Of a DNA stretch of 64,000 nt, positions 29,393 to 37,441 are shown piece by piece. Origin of the DNA: an uncultured Clostridia bacterium. Lineage in GTDB: Bacteria > Bacillota > Clostridia > TANB77 > CAG-465. The position numbers were made by a program, and so were the translations under genes. Within the stretch, counting starts at the first letter, position 1, and every line of letters begins with the position of its first letter. The stretch spans positions 3,146 to 67,145 of the forward strand of contig CALXJE010000022.1 in assembly GCA_944388545.1 (NCBI GenBank), in the 5' to 3' direction. The notes under the pieces are model-generated. The model was not told the DNA's origin. It was given only the letters and a program-made list of their open reading frames with translations, and searched no databases.

Positions 29393-30594
29393 TTATAGAT
29401 CCATATAATATTAGCATAAATAGTAACGATAACACTCAACTAGATGATAAAGATAAATTAATAGAAGAAAGCATAATGTTTCTTGTTAACAAGTATAATA
29501 ATTTATTAGAAAACAAAAAGTACGATGAAATAAAGAATATATTATTAAAAAAATTTATTTCAAATAATATCAAAATAAATAATCCGGAAATAAATAATAT
29601 AATAAAAGAGATATTAAATAAAATATTTGGGTATGGAATTCTTCAAGAATATATAGATGATGAAGTTACTACAGATATAAGGGCAGTATCATATAATAAT
29701 ATATATGTTAAGCAATTAGGGAAATGGATAAAAAGCGAGGTTAGATTTAAGAGTAAGAATGAATTCAATGAGTTTATTAGATATTCAGTTTTAAAAAATA
29801 GTGCTAGTATTAATTATGAACAACCAATTATTATAGTAAGTGATAGAATAAATCATTTAAGGATAGAAGCAGGGATAGATCCAGTTAATGTTAAAGAATC
29901 AAATATAGTAATACGTATACATAAAGATCATAATGCTAAAAGTTTAGAAATTCTTTTTGCAAAATATGATATGATAAATAAAGACACATATATATTTTTA
30001 GGAGAATCTATAAAAAAACTTAAAAATATTTTGATTGTAGGAAAAGGTGGTAGTGGAAAAACAACACTGCTAAGATCAATAATTGATAAACTTCCAAAAG
30101 AGATAGCAATTTCTACAAATGAAGAAACAGCTGAATTATATTTAGAAGATAGAAACATAATACAAAGAGAAATACTTATTAGAAAAACAGAAGAAAAGTC
30201 AATAGATTTAGAAAAGCTTGCAAGACATTCACTTGTCATGAGTAATGATGTTATAGTTATTGGAGAATTAAAAGGAAAAGAAGCGAGTACTTTTTTTGAT
30301 GCTATTTCTACTGGTCATGTAGGATATACTACCATTCATGCAGATTCTATTGAAAATAGTATTGATAGATTGATTGTATTAATAAAAAAAGATATAAAAG
30401 CACAGGGATATACAGATGCATTCTTAAGAAGATTTATTACTAGTTCATTAGATTATATAATATTTATGAAAGATTATAAAATAGAGGAAATAGCTTCACT
30501 AAAGTATAATGCAGATAAAAATCAAATAAATAAAGATACTATATATATGAATGAAAATATACTAAATAAGGAAGATAAAAATGCTATTACTTAA
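29389..30594 (+). CDS. CpaF/TadA/VirB11-family secretion ATPase
   Basis: 401 aa with Walker A IVGKGGSGKTTLL, Walker B/Glu VIVIGELKGKEA and His box TGHVGYTTIHADS. Confidence 0.85.
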   Translation: MIIDPYNISINSNDNTQLDDKDKLIEESIMFLVNKYNNLLENKKYDEIKNILLKKFISNNIKINNPEINNIIKEILNKIFGYGILQEYIDDEVTTDIRAVSYNNIYVKQLGKWIKSEVRFKSKNEFNEFIRYSVLKNSASINYEQPIIIVSDRINHLRIEAGIDPVNVKESNIVIRIHKDHNAKSLEILFAKYDMINKDTYIFLGESIKKLKNILIVGKGGSGKTTLLRSIIDKLPKEIAISTNEETAELYLEDRNIIQREILIRKTEEKSIDLEKLARHSLVMSNDVIVIGELKGKEASTFFDAISTGHVGYTTIHADSIENSIDRLIVLIKKDIKAQGYTDAFLRRFITSSLDYIIFMKDYKIEEIASLKYNADKNQINKDTIYMNENILNKEDKNAIT

Positions 30595-31471
30595 AATATT
30601 AATTATTATAAATATATTCGTGTTTGTTTTTAGTTTATGTATATATATAGTATCAAATATAAAATTTATTAAACTAAAGATGAAAGAAGATATAACGAAA
30701 TCTAAAATGGCAAATATAATAGATATAAAACTTAAATATTTAGAAACATACATATCTTCTTCTAAAGCAAAAAAATATTTAAATTCAATAATAGTTTTAG
30801 TTGTTTCATTATTACTTTCAATAATTACATATTTTTTTTCAATAATATTTATTAAAATATTTAGTACTTCCTTAATTTTATCTTTAATTTCATTTTCATT
30901 ACCTTATTTGATAATTACCATATTAGTTAATTCAAATACTCATAAAATAAAAACAATATTACCATCTTATATAGTAAATCTAAAAAACAATGTTGAGATA
31001 TCTAATAATATTATAAATGCAATAAATATAACAAAAGTAGAAGAACCGTTGAAATATAGCATTGATAGATTTAACCTTAAGGTAAGTAGAGGAATAAATG
31101 TACATCAATGTTTTGATGAATTAAAGAAGCGTATAAATATCGAAACATTTAGTAATTTAATAGATGCATTTAAAGTATGTTATGAAACAGGAGGAGATTA
31201 CATTAATGTTTTGAATAAGTATATTGATATTATATCTAAGGAAAACTTAGAAAAAGCAAAATTAAAAGAAAATAGTAGTACTACTATAATTACACTTGTA
31301 TTAATGATACTAATTAATATATTCTTATTATTTTCAGTGGTTTTAGGAAATGAAACATATAGTCAAACAATATTGGAAACAACAGCAGGTCATTTTATAC
31401 TTAATTTTGAAATAATAAGTTATTTAGTTGTACTATATTTTGTATATAAAGTATATAAAATGGAGGGATAA
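30581..31471 (+). CDS. TadB/TadC/GspF-like inner-membrane platform protein (single T2SSF-type domain)
   Basis: 296 aa with N-terminal TM helices, a cytoplasmic helical domain (LPSYIVNLKNNVEISNNI...GINVHQCFDEL...GGDYINVL) and C-terminal TM helices. Confidence 0.65.
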   Translation: MLLLKILIIINIFVFVFSLCIYIVSNIKFIKLKMKEDITKSKMANIIDIKLKYLETYISSSKAKKYLNSIIVLVVSLLLSIITYFFSIIFIKIFSTSLILSLISFSLPYLIITILVNSNTHKIKTILPSYIVNLKNNVEISNNIINAINITKVEEPLKYSIDRFNLKVSRGINVHQCFDELKKRINIETFSNLIDAFKVCYETGGDYINVLNKYIDIISKENLEKAKLKENSSTTIITLVLMILINIFLLFSVVLGNETYSQTILETTAGHFILNFEIISYLVVLYFVYKVYKMEG

Positions 31472-31473
31472 AG

Positions 31474-32214
31474 ATGCAAATGATTTTAGAAAATGATGAA
31501 ATATTTAATTCCATTAAGGGTTTAACAAAAGAATTAAATATAGAAAAAGATATAGATAGTATGAAAAGTCAATTTGGAAAAATAATTACAAACACCGTAG
31601 ATAAAGTAGCTACATATACTATAAAGGCAATGCCTTTGCCAGATTCGTTCAAAGATATATTATATGATGTAAAAGAAGCATTTAAGACAAAAGATTTTAA
31701 AGAAATAATAAAAACGGTAATTAATAGTTCGGTAAGAGAAGGATTAGAATTTCTAGGGCTTAATAACAATTCTATAAAAAACATAATGGGAATAAAAGAT
31801 ATAGCTTTAAAAGGTGGTTTAATTCAAGGAATTAAAGCTGGAATAGATATAATGTCAAAAAAACATTTAAATAATAATATAGTAGAAGATTATGTTTATG
31901 ATTTCTTTGATAAAATGAAAAGTGCTCCTTTTACTAAAGATTTCCTTGAAAAGGTTAATAAGAACACTAGAAAGTTACTAGACGCAAAGGAAGAATTCTT
32001 AGATAAATGTAATGATTTTAAAGAGGCGTATAAAGAGTTTGATATTGATAAAATAAATAATTTAGCAAATGAAGTAAAAAATAAGTTAAAAACAGTAAAA
32101 CAAGATAAAGAATGTATAAGAGAAAATAAACTAATACAAAATATAACTGAATTGGTAAACACCAGGCATGAAAAGTTAACAGATGCACAGTTGCAACTTT
32201 GTAATATAATGTAG
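31474..32214 (+). CDS. Hypothetical soluble alpha-helical protein
   Basis: 246 aa with no TM segment and a K/E-rich helical C-terminal half. Starts 2 nt after the platform gene. Confidence 0.6.
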   Translation: MQMILENDEIFNSIKGLTKELNIEKDIDSMKSQFGKIITNTVDKVATYTIKAMPLPDSFKDILYDVKEAFKTKDFKEIIKTVINSSVREGLEFLGLNNNSIKNIMGIKDIALKGGLIQGIKAGIDIMSKKHLNNNIVEDYVYDFFDKMKSAPFTKDFLEKVNKNTRKLLDAKEEFLDKCNDFKEAYKEFDIDKINNLANEVKNKLKTVKQDKECIRENKLIQNITELVNTRHEKLTDAQLQLCNIM

Positions 32215-32247
32215 TATAATGTAGATAATTTAATTAGGAGTATTGTT

Positions 32248-33453
32248 ATGGAGAGTAGGAAAAAGAGAAGACAAGTAAAAGACTATGATAATAATATTAG
32301 AAAAGCAAAAAGTAAAGGAAAAATTACCTGTTTAATACTTTTTATACTTATGATAGCTATCTATTATCAAGTGTATGGGTTATTTAAATATACAACCGGA
32401 AAGACAGTTACAGAAGGTCAAATAGCATTGTATAAATGGATGTCTAGTATAGTTCATTCTTCAAAAGTAGCAGAAAAAAGTTCTTTAAACATAGGTATAA
32501 TAGGAAATATAACAATAAATGATAAAATAACCAGAGCATATACTCAAGATGGAATAGCGCAACTAGGAAGTATAATTAAGAATGTTTCTTTCTCAGACTA
32601 TGATTATACTATAGCAAGTTTAAATACTCAAATTATAGAAGATAATGATATAAGTGTAGAATATAGTGCTCCTAAAAATTTTTTAAAAGAACTAAATGTT
32701 ATTGGGTTAAATTTATTAGTAACATCAACAAGAAATCTTAGTGAATTAAATAAATCTGATATAAAAGAAACACTAGATAGCATAAAAGAGAACAATATGG
32801 ATTATGTAGGAACAAGACTAGATAAAAAGGATAATACCTATTATATTTTAGAAAAAAACAATATAAAGGTTGCAATATTATCATATGTTGGAGAGGATTA
32901 TTGTGACGATGATAACATTTTTAGTGTATACAGTGAAGAACAACTAAAAAAAGATTTAAAAGATGTTAAAAGTAAAAATGTAGATTGTATAATTTTATTT
33001 ATTGATACACTTAGAAGTAACAAATCACAGGTTAATGTTGACAAAAAAGAATTATTACAAAACATATTAGATAAAGGTGTAGATGTTATAATATCAAATG
33101 ATAGTATAATTCAAGACAGTTATGAAAATATTACAGATATTAGTGGCAATGAAAAACATGGATATATTAAATATTCTTTAGGTGATTTTATAGGAGATCA
33201 AGAGCAAGAAGATAGTGATATATCAAAATGTTTAAAAGTATCTATAAATAAAGAGGCAAATGGTGAGAAAGCAGGAGTAGAAATAGATATCGTAGAAGAT
33301 AAAACGTTTGTTGCATTATCAAATGCTAGCAAAGATAAATATAAAGTAGTAGATTTAGATAAGGAACTTAGTAGGTATAAAAATAATAGTACATCTAGTA
33401 TAACGCAGGTAGAATATAACTATTTAACTAATATTAAAGAGAAATTAGAATAA
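32248..33453 (+). CDS. Membrane-anchored CapA/PgsA-like (metallophosphatase-fold) protein, possibly degenerate
   Basis: 401 aa with an N-terminal TM. CapA-like segments include MDYVGTRLDKKDNTYYILEKNNIKVAILSYVG and DCIILFID...KGVDVIISND. AGGAG RBS. Confidence 0.55.
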   Translation: MESRKKRRQVKDYDNNIRKAKSKGKITCLILFILMIAIYYQVYGLFKYTTGKTVTEGQIALYKWMSSIVHSSKVAEKSSLNIGIIGNITINDKITRAYTQDGIAQLGSIIKNVSFSDYDYTIASLNTQIIEDNDISVEYSAPKNFLKELNVIGLNLLVTSTRNLSELNKSDIKETLDSIKENNMDYVGTRLDKKDNTYYILEKNNIKVAILSYVGEDYCDDDNIFSVYSEEQLKKDLKDVKSKNVDCIILFIDTLRSNKSQVNVDKKELLQNILDKGVDVIISNDSIIQDSYENITDISGNEKHGYIKYSLGDFIGDQEQEDSDISKCLKVSINKEANGEKAGVEIDIVEDKTFVALSNASKDKYKVVDLDKELSRYKNNSTSSITQVEYNYLTNIKEKLE

Positions 33454-33460
33454 ATATGAC

Positions 33461-33490
33461 AAAAAGTCAGCAAAAAGCTGACTTTTTGTT
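33461..33490 (+). terminator. Intrinsic terminator ending the 25.9-33.5 kb operon
   Basis: AAAAAGTCAGC / GCTGACTTTTT perfect 11-bp hairpin followed by a T run. Confidence 0.85.
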
Positions 33491-33538
33491 GTAATTATCA
33501 AACACCTATTATATAATTGTAAAAAAGGAGAGATAAAA

Positions 33539-33880
33539 ATGAATTTTTATGATAAAGTACATGAGTTAGTAAGATGTTTTAAAAATACAGAGGAATATAA
33601 AAACTATATTGAACTAAAAAATGAAATAAAAAAAGATGAAAAGGATGCTAGCCTAGTAAAGGAATTTAAAGAAAAACAAACAAAAATACAAATGGATTAT
33701 ATTAATACTGGAAAAATGAACGAAGAAATGCAAAAAGAACTAGAAAACACATATTCCCTTCTTATTCAAAGTGAAAATATAAGAAAATTTTTAGAGGCGG
33801 AAATAAAATTAAATGTTTTACTTGCAGATATGCAAAAAATAATGGGAGAAGGCATAAAAGAAATAATAGAATTTGAATAA
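33539..33880 (+). CDS. YlbF/YmcA family regulatory protein
   Basis: 113 aa. N-terminal FYDKVHEL...EEYKNYIELKNEIKKD is typical of YlbF-family proteins. Confidence 0.7.
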   Translation: MNFYDKVHELVRCFKNTEEYKNYIELKNEIKKDEKDASLVKEFKEKQTKIQMDYINTGKMNEEMQKELENTYSLLIQSENIRKFLEAEIKLNVLLADMQKIMGEGIKEIIEFE

Positions 33881-33892
33881 AAGAGGAAACAG

Positions 33893-34471
33893 ATGAAAAA
33901 TATTTTAGAAAAACATTCTACTGAGATTTGCAAAGATATATTAAATATAATAGACAATAAAGAGGTAAAAATTGAAATAGAAGAAAAAAACAAATCTAGC
34001 TTATATGTTTTTTTGAATAATACAATATACATTTCTGATAAGTTTAATAAAAACAAAGATAATGAAAAAAATAAAAAAGCAAAATTACTTGTAATAGCTC
34101 ATGAGTGTGCTCATTCTATCCAATCAAAAACTATACAGATTTTAAATTTTATACTATCTAATATAGAATTAATAATGTTTTTTATTATAGTCGTTTGGAG
34201 AATTTTTGGAAAAGGACTAGAAATAATATCATATGGATATTTTGTAGTGGCACTAATTTCTATTTTTATAAGATTTTATTTAGAATTAAATGCAACTGTT
34301 AACTCTATAAAAATTGTTGCTAGATATTTACTAAGTAATAAAATTAATAGAAAAGAAGTAAAATCAATAGTTAGTTATTATAAAAAAGAACTTTTTAAAA
34401 CAACACCTCTTTTTGTATTATCGTTATATTTATTTAAATTTATTAGAATTGGTATAATTATTTTAATATAA
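33893..34471 (+). CDS. Putative membrane-associated zinc metallopeptidase-like protein (HExxH)
   Basis: 192 aa with an AHECAHSIQ motif followed by 3-4 hydrophobic helices. Confidence 0.5.
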   Translation: MKNILEKHSTEICKDILNIIDNKEVKIEIEEKNKSSLYVFLNNTIYISDKFNKNKDNEKNKKAKLLVIAHECAHSIQSKTIQILNFILSNIELIMFFIIVVWRIFGKGLEIISYGYFVVALISIFIRFYLELNATVNSIKIVARYLLSNKINRKEVKSIVSYYKKELFKTTPLFVLSLYLFKFIRIGIIILI

Positions 34472-34538
34472 ATAAATCACCTGCTGAATATTTGTATTAT
34501 ACAAGGAGTAATATCATATAAATATATCAGGTGATTTT

Positions 34539-35283
34539 ATGAAATTAAAGATAACAATAAAAAGAATATTTTTTATAGGAGTATTAATAGCAATTTCAGT
34601 AATTTCAGCCGAGATAACAAAAAATAATAGCTTATCAAGTAAAGCGGTGCAAGCTAACTCAACACCTATAACTAATAAGAAAGTGGTATTAGATGCTGGG
34701 CATCGGACTTCCTGACGAGGGTGCAGTAGGATTTACGGGTACAACAGAGCAAGCTATAAATTTAGAAATTGTATTAAAACTTCAAAAACTTATAGAGCAA
34801 AGTGGTGCAAAAGTTATTCTTACAAGAAGTGACGAAAATGGTATATACTCAGCAGATAGCAATAGTATCAGGAATAAAAAAATCAGTGATATAAAGAACA
34901 GAGAAAATATAGTTGATACTAGTGGTGCAGATATATTTATATCAATACATTTAAATAAGTATCAAGATAGTAAATATAGTGGATGGCAAACATTCTATCA
35001 ATCAAATAATGATAATAGTAAACTCTTAGCAAATAGTATACAGAGTGAAATAAATAAAAATATTAATGAAGATAATAACAGGGTACCTATGGCTATAAAA
35101 GGTGTATATATTATGGATCACATTGATATACCTGGTACAGTAGTAGAATGTGGCTTTATATCTAATCCGGAGGAAGAAAAATTATTAGGAGAAGAGAGCT
35201 ATCAAAACAAGCTTGCGTGGGGAATATATACAGGTCTGCAACAATATTTTTTAGAAACAGATAAAAACAAAATGGAGGAATAG
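34539..35283 (+). pseudogene. cwlD: Germination-specific N-acetylmuramoyl-L-alanine amidase CwlD, interrupted by a 1-nt frameshift
   Basis: The N-terminal signal/TM part MKLKITIKRIFFIGVLIA...KKVVLDAGH ends at TGA 34713-34715. The rest (GLPDEGAVGFTGTTEQAINLE...ISIHLN...) continues in the +1 frame (track ORF 34693-35283). Confidence 0.75.
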
Positions 35284-35741
35284 TGGAAGAGAAATTTATG
35301 AAAGAAGCTCTAAAAGAGGCTAAAAAGGCAAAAGATAAAAACGAAGTGCCTGTTGGAGCGGTAATAGTTTTAAATGGTAAAATAATAGCAAGGGGATATA
35401 ATAAAAGAGAAACAAAAAAAAATAGTTTGTGTCATGCCGAAATCATTGCAATAAATAAGGCTTGCAAAAAGCTAAATAATTTTAGGCTTGAAAACTGCGA
35501 ATTATATGTGACTCTTGAACCATGTACCATGTGCGCAGGAGCAATAATACAATCAAGAATAAAAAAAGTAATATATGGCGCAAAAGATGAAAAATATGGT
35601 ATGGCAGGAACGGTTGCGAATGTCTTTGAATTAAAAAGTAATCATAAAGTGGAAATAGAAAAAGGAATACTAGAATCACAATGCTCTAATATAATAAAGG
35701 ATTTTTTTAAAGTGTTAAGAGAAAGAAATAAAAATAAATAA
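35283..35741 (+). CDS. tadA: tRNA adenosine(34) deaminase TadA
   Basis: CHAEIIAI and PCTMCAGAI zinc-binding motifs. The start is either GTG 35283 or ATG 35298. Confidence 0.9.
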   Translation: MEEKFMKEALKEAKKAKDKNEVPVGAVIVLNGKIIARGYNKRETKKNSLCHAEIIAINKACKKLNNFRLENCELYVTLEPCTMCAGAIIQSRIKKVIYGAKDEKYGMAGTVANVFELKSNHKVEIEKGILESQCSNIIKDFFKVLRERNKNK

Positions 35742-35818
35742 CATAAAGAAAATAATTTGCATAGAATATAGTGTAAGAGAAGTCTTACACTATTATTTAC
35801 AAATAAGGAAGTGCTAAT

Positions 35819-36229
35819 ATGTGCAAAAATACGAATTGCGGATGCATAGCAGCAATAATAGGAGCGGTACTTGGTATAGTTGGAGGAATATTATTTTACC
35901 TAGGAGTTATAAGTGCTAATATAGCATCTATAATAATAGTGTTAGTAATAGCATTAATTATTTTTTTATTAATGATACTATTATTAGAACTAAGAAAACA
36001 AAAAAATATAGGTAAATGTTTATGTAATAATGCACTAGGAATAACAATTACAAGTGCTTTATCTATATTAATAAGTTTGCTTTTACTTTCAGTATCTTTA
36101 GTATCTGGAAATATTATTATAGCAATATTAATTGGACTAAAAATAGCATTTTTCTTAGCTATGCTAACTCTGTTAGTCTGCTGGATTATATGCATAATTA
36201 AAACTAATTGCAAGTGCATTCGTGATTAA
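35819..36229 (+). CDS. Hypothetical polytopic membrane protein with Cys-rich termini
   Basis: 136 aa with about 4 TM helices. The N-terminus is MCKNTNCGC and the C-terminus is CIIKTNCKCIRD. Confidence 0.55.
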   Translation: MCKNTNCGCIAAIIGAVLGIVGGILFYLGVISANIASIIIVLVIALIIFLLMILLLELRKQKNIGKCLCNNALGITITSALSILISLLLLSVSLVSGNIIIAILIGLKIAFFLAMLTLLVCWIICIIKTNCKCIRD

Positions 36230-36232
36230 AAA

Positions 36233-36271
36233 AACATCCCTTAAAATTTAATTTAAAGGGATGTTATTTTT
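36233..36271. terminator. Bidirectional hairpin terminator
   Basis: AACATCCCTTAAA / TTTAAAGGGATGTT hairpin flanked by A and T runs. Confidence 0.75.
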
Positions 36272-36310
36272 GTATCCGTCTATTCATTTTAGTTAGATCA
36301 GATCTGTTAA

Positions 36311-36387
36311 TGGTGTAGCTGACAGGACTTGAACCTGCAACCTCTTGGTTCGTAGCCAAGTACTCTATCCAGTTGAGCTACAGCTAC
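36311..36387 (-). tRNA. tRNA-Arg (anticodon ACG)
   Basis: The reverse complement gives GTAGCTGTAGCTCAACTGGATAGAG...CTTGGCTACGAACCAAG...GGTTCAAGTCC...CAGCTACACCA. Confidence 0.95.
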
Positions 36388-36635
36388 ATATCTTTGTATA
36401 ACAAATTTGTAAACTTAAAAATTGAAAACTTTTAAAGAATACAAAAATTGTCATGATTTAATTGAATTATATAAGATGTTTAAAGATTTGAAGTTTTGCT
36501 TTTGAGTGCAACTCTTTATTCAATTGGGTTATTCAAACTAACACAGATATTATACAATAAATTACTATAGTAATCAACAAAAGTAGTTAATAATATTGAT
36601 TTTTTTAACTTTTAATATATAATATATTTAAGTGT

Positions 36636-36711
36636 GCTTCCGTAGCTCAGGGGATAGAGCAGTAGTTTCCTAAACTATTGGTCGGACGTTCGAATCGTCT
36701 CGGGAGCACCA
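36636..36711 (+). tRNA. tRNA-Arg (anticodon CCU)
   Basis: Acceptor GCTTCCG/CGGGAGC, anticodon loop TTCCTAA, T-loop GTTCGAATC, encoded CCA. Confidence 0.9.
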
Positions 36712-36852
36712 ATTAAAATAAGAAAATACCATAAAAATAAGTTTTTTGTTTTGAGGTAATTTATCTGATAAATTATAAAAATGTTAATAATATGTAGTAA
36801 AAATTCTCGCCACTTTATTTAGTAGTGAGAATTCTTTTTATTGTTTCAAGTG

Positions 36853-37218
36853 TTAAATCATAAAAAGTTCGTCATTTCTTAAACCTATTATTATTTTTCT
36901 TACGTCTTCGCTATCATTCATACTAGCACTAACAATTTTTATAACATTTGAAATATTATCAATTTTCTGTGCGTAAAAACTATTATTATCAAAAGCATTA
37001 TAAGGCTTTAAATATGTAATAGTTCCATTTTCCACTAGAAATACAACTAATAAATCAAGAAAAGAATGTTCATAAATTCCAACGAATACATTGGATAATT
37101 TATTTTTTCTAATTTTTGATAATATAATTTTTTTTCTGGCTCTATTTTTCAGGTATATTAATTTTACATGTATTTCTATATAATTGTATGTTATCATAAA
37201 TAATTTTTTTATAAACAA
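36853..37218 (-). CDS. Hypothetical protein (start uncertain)
   Basis: 121-aa ORF (TTG at 37218, first ATG at 37197) with no clear RBS and a hairpin downstream. Divergent from the XRE regulator gene. Confidence 0.35.
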   Translation of the reverse strand: MFIKKLFMITYNYIEIHVKLIYLKNRARKKIILSKIRKNKLSNVFVGIYEHSFLDLLVVFLVENGTITYLKPYNAFDNNSFYAQKIDNISNVIKIVSASMNDSEDVRKIIIGLRNDELFMI

Positions 37219-37441
37219 AACAATATTAATCTATAAATATACTAAAAAAATAACAATTTTAATAATGGTAAAAATATCCATATTTTATTTGAATGTCGAT
37301 AAATGCCGAAAAACATGGTACTGTGTCGAAATAAAACTAATAGTTTCATAAAAACAACGTATCGTCATTTTATATTTGACACAAAATATAGTAGTATATA
37401 TATAAACACTTATAGGGTGATAGCTTCTTTGGAGGTAAAAT

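Noticed and set aside
25899-33490. Whether the ATPase operon is simply the sporulation spoIIIA (AA-AH) feeding-tube operon
   Set aside because: SpoIIIAA is a roughly 300-aa ATPase followed by seven small membrane proteins (AB-AH). Here there is a VirB4-type ATPase, a MinD-fold ATPase, a 401-aa CpaF-type ATPase and a roughly 300-aa TadB-like protein. The gene number, sizes and motifs do not fit.
25899-33490. Whether the locus is an ordinary Tn916/pCW3-like conjugative element
   Set aside because: I see no FtsK-like coupling protein, relaxase, VirB6-like (ORF15/TcpH) protein, NlpC/P60 or lytic hydrolase, integrase, tRNA target or flanking repeats. TadZ, CpaF and TadB genes are not part of those elements.
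35742-36635. Search for an SRP RNA (scr) gene downstream of tadA, as in B. subtilis
   Set aside because: There is no sequence resembling the conserved domain IV (GGAAGCAGCC-type) motif. The space is filled by a membrane protein gene, hairpins and tRNA genes.
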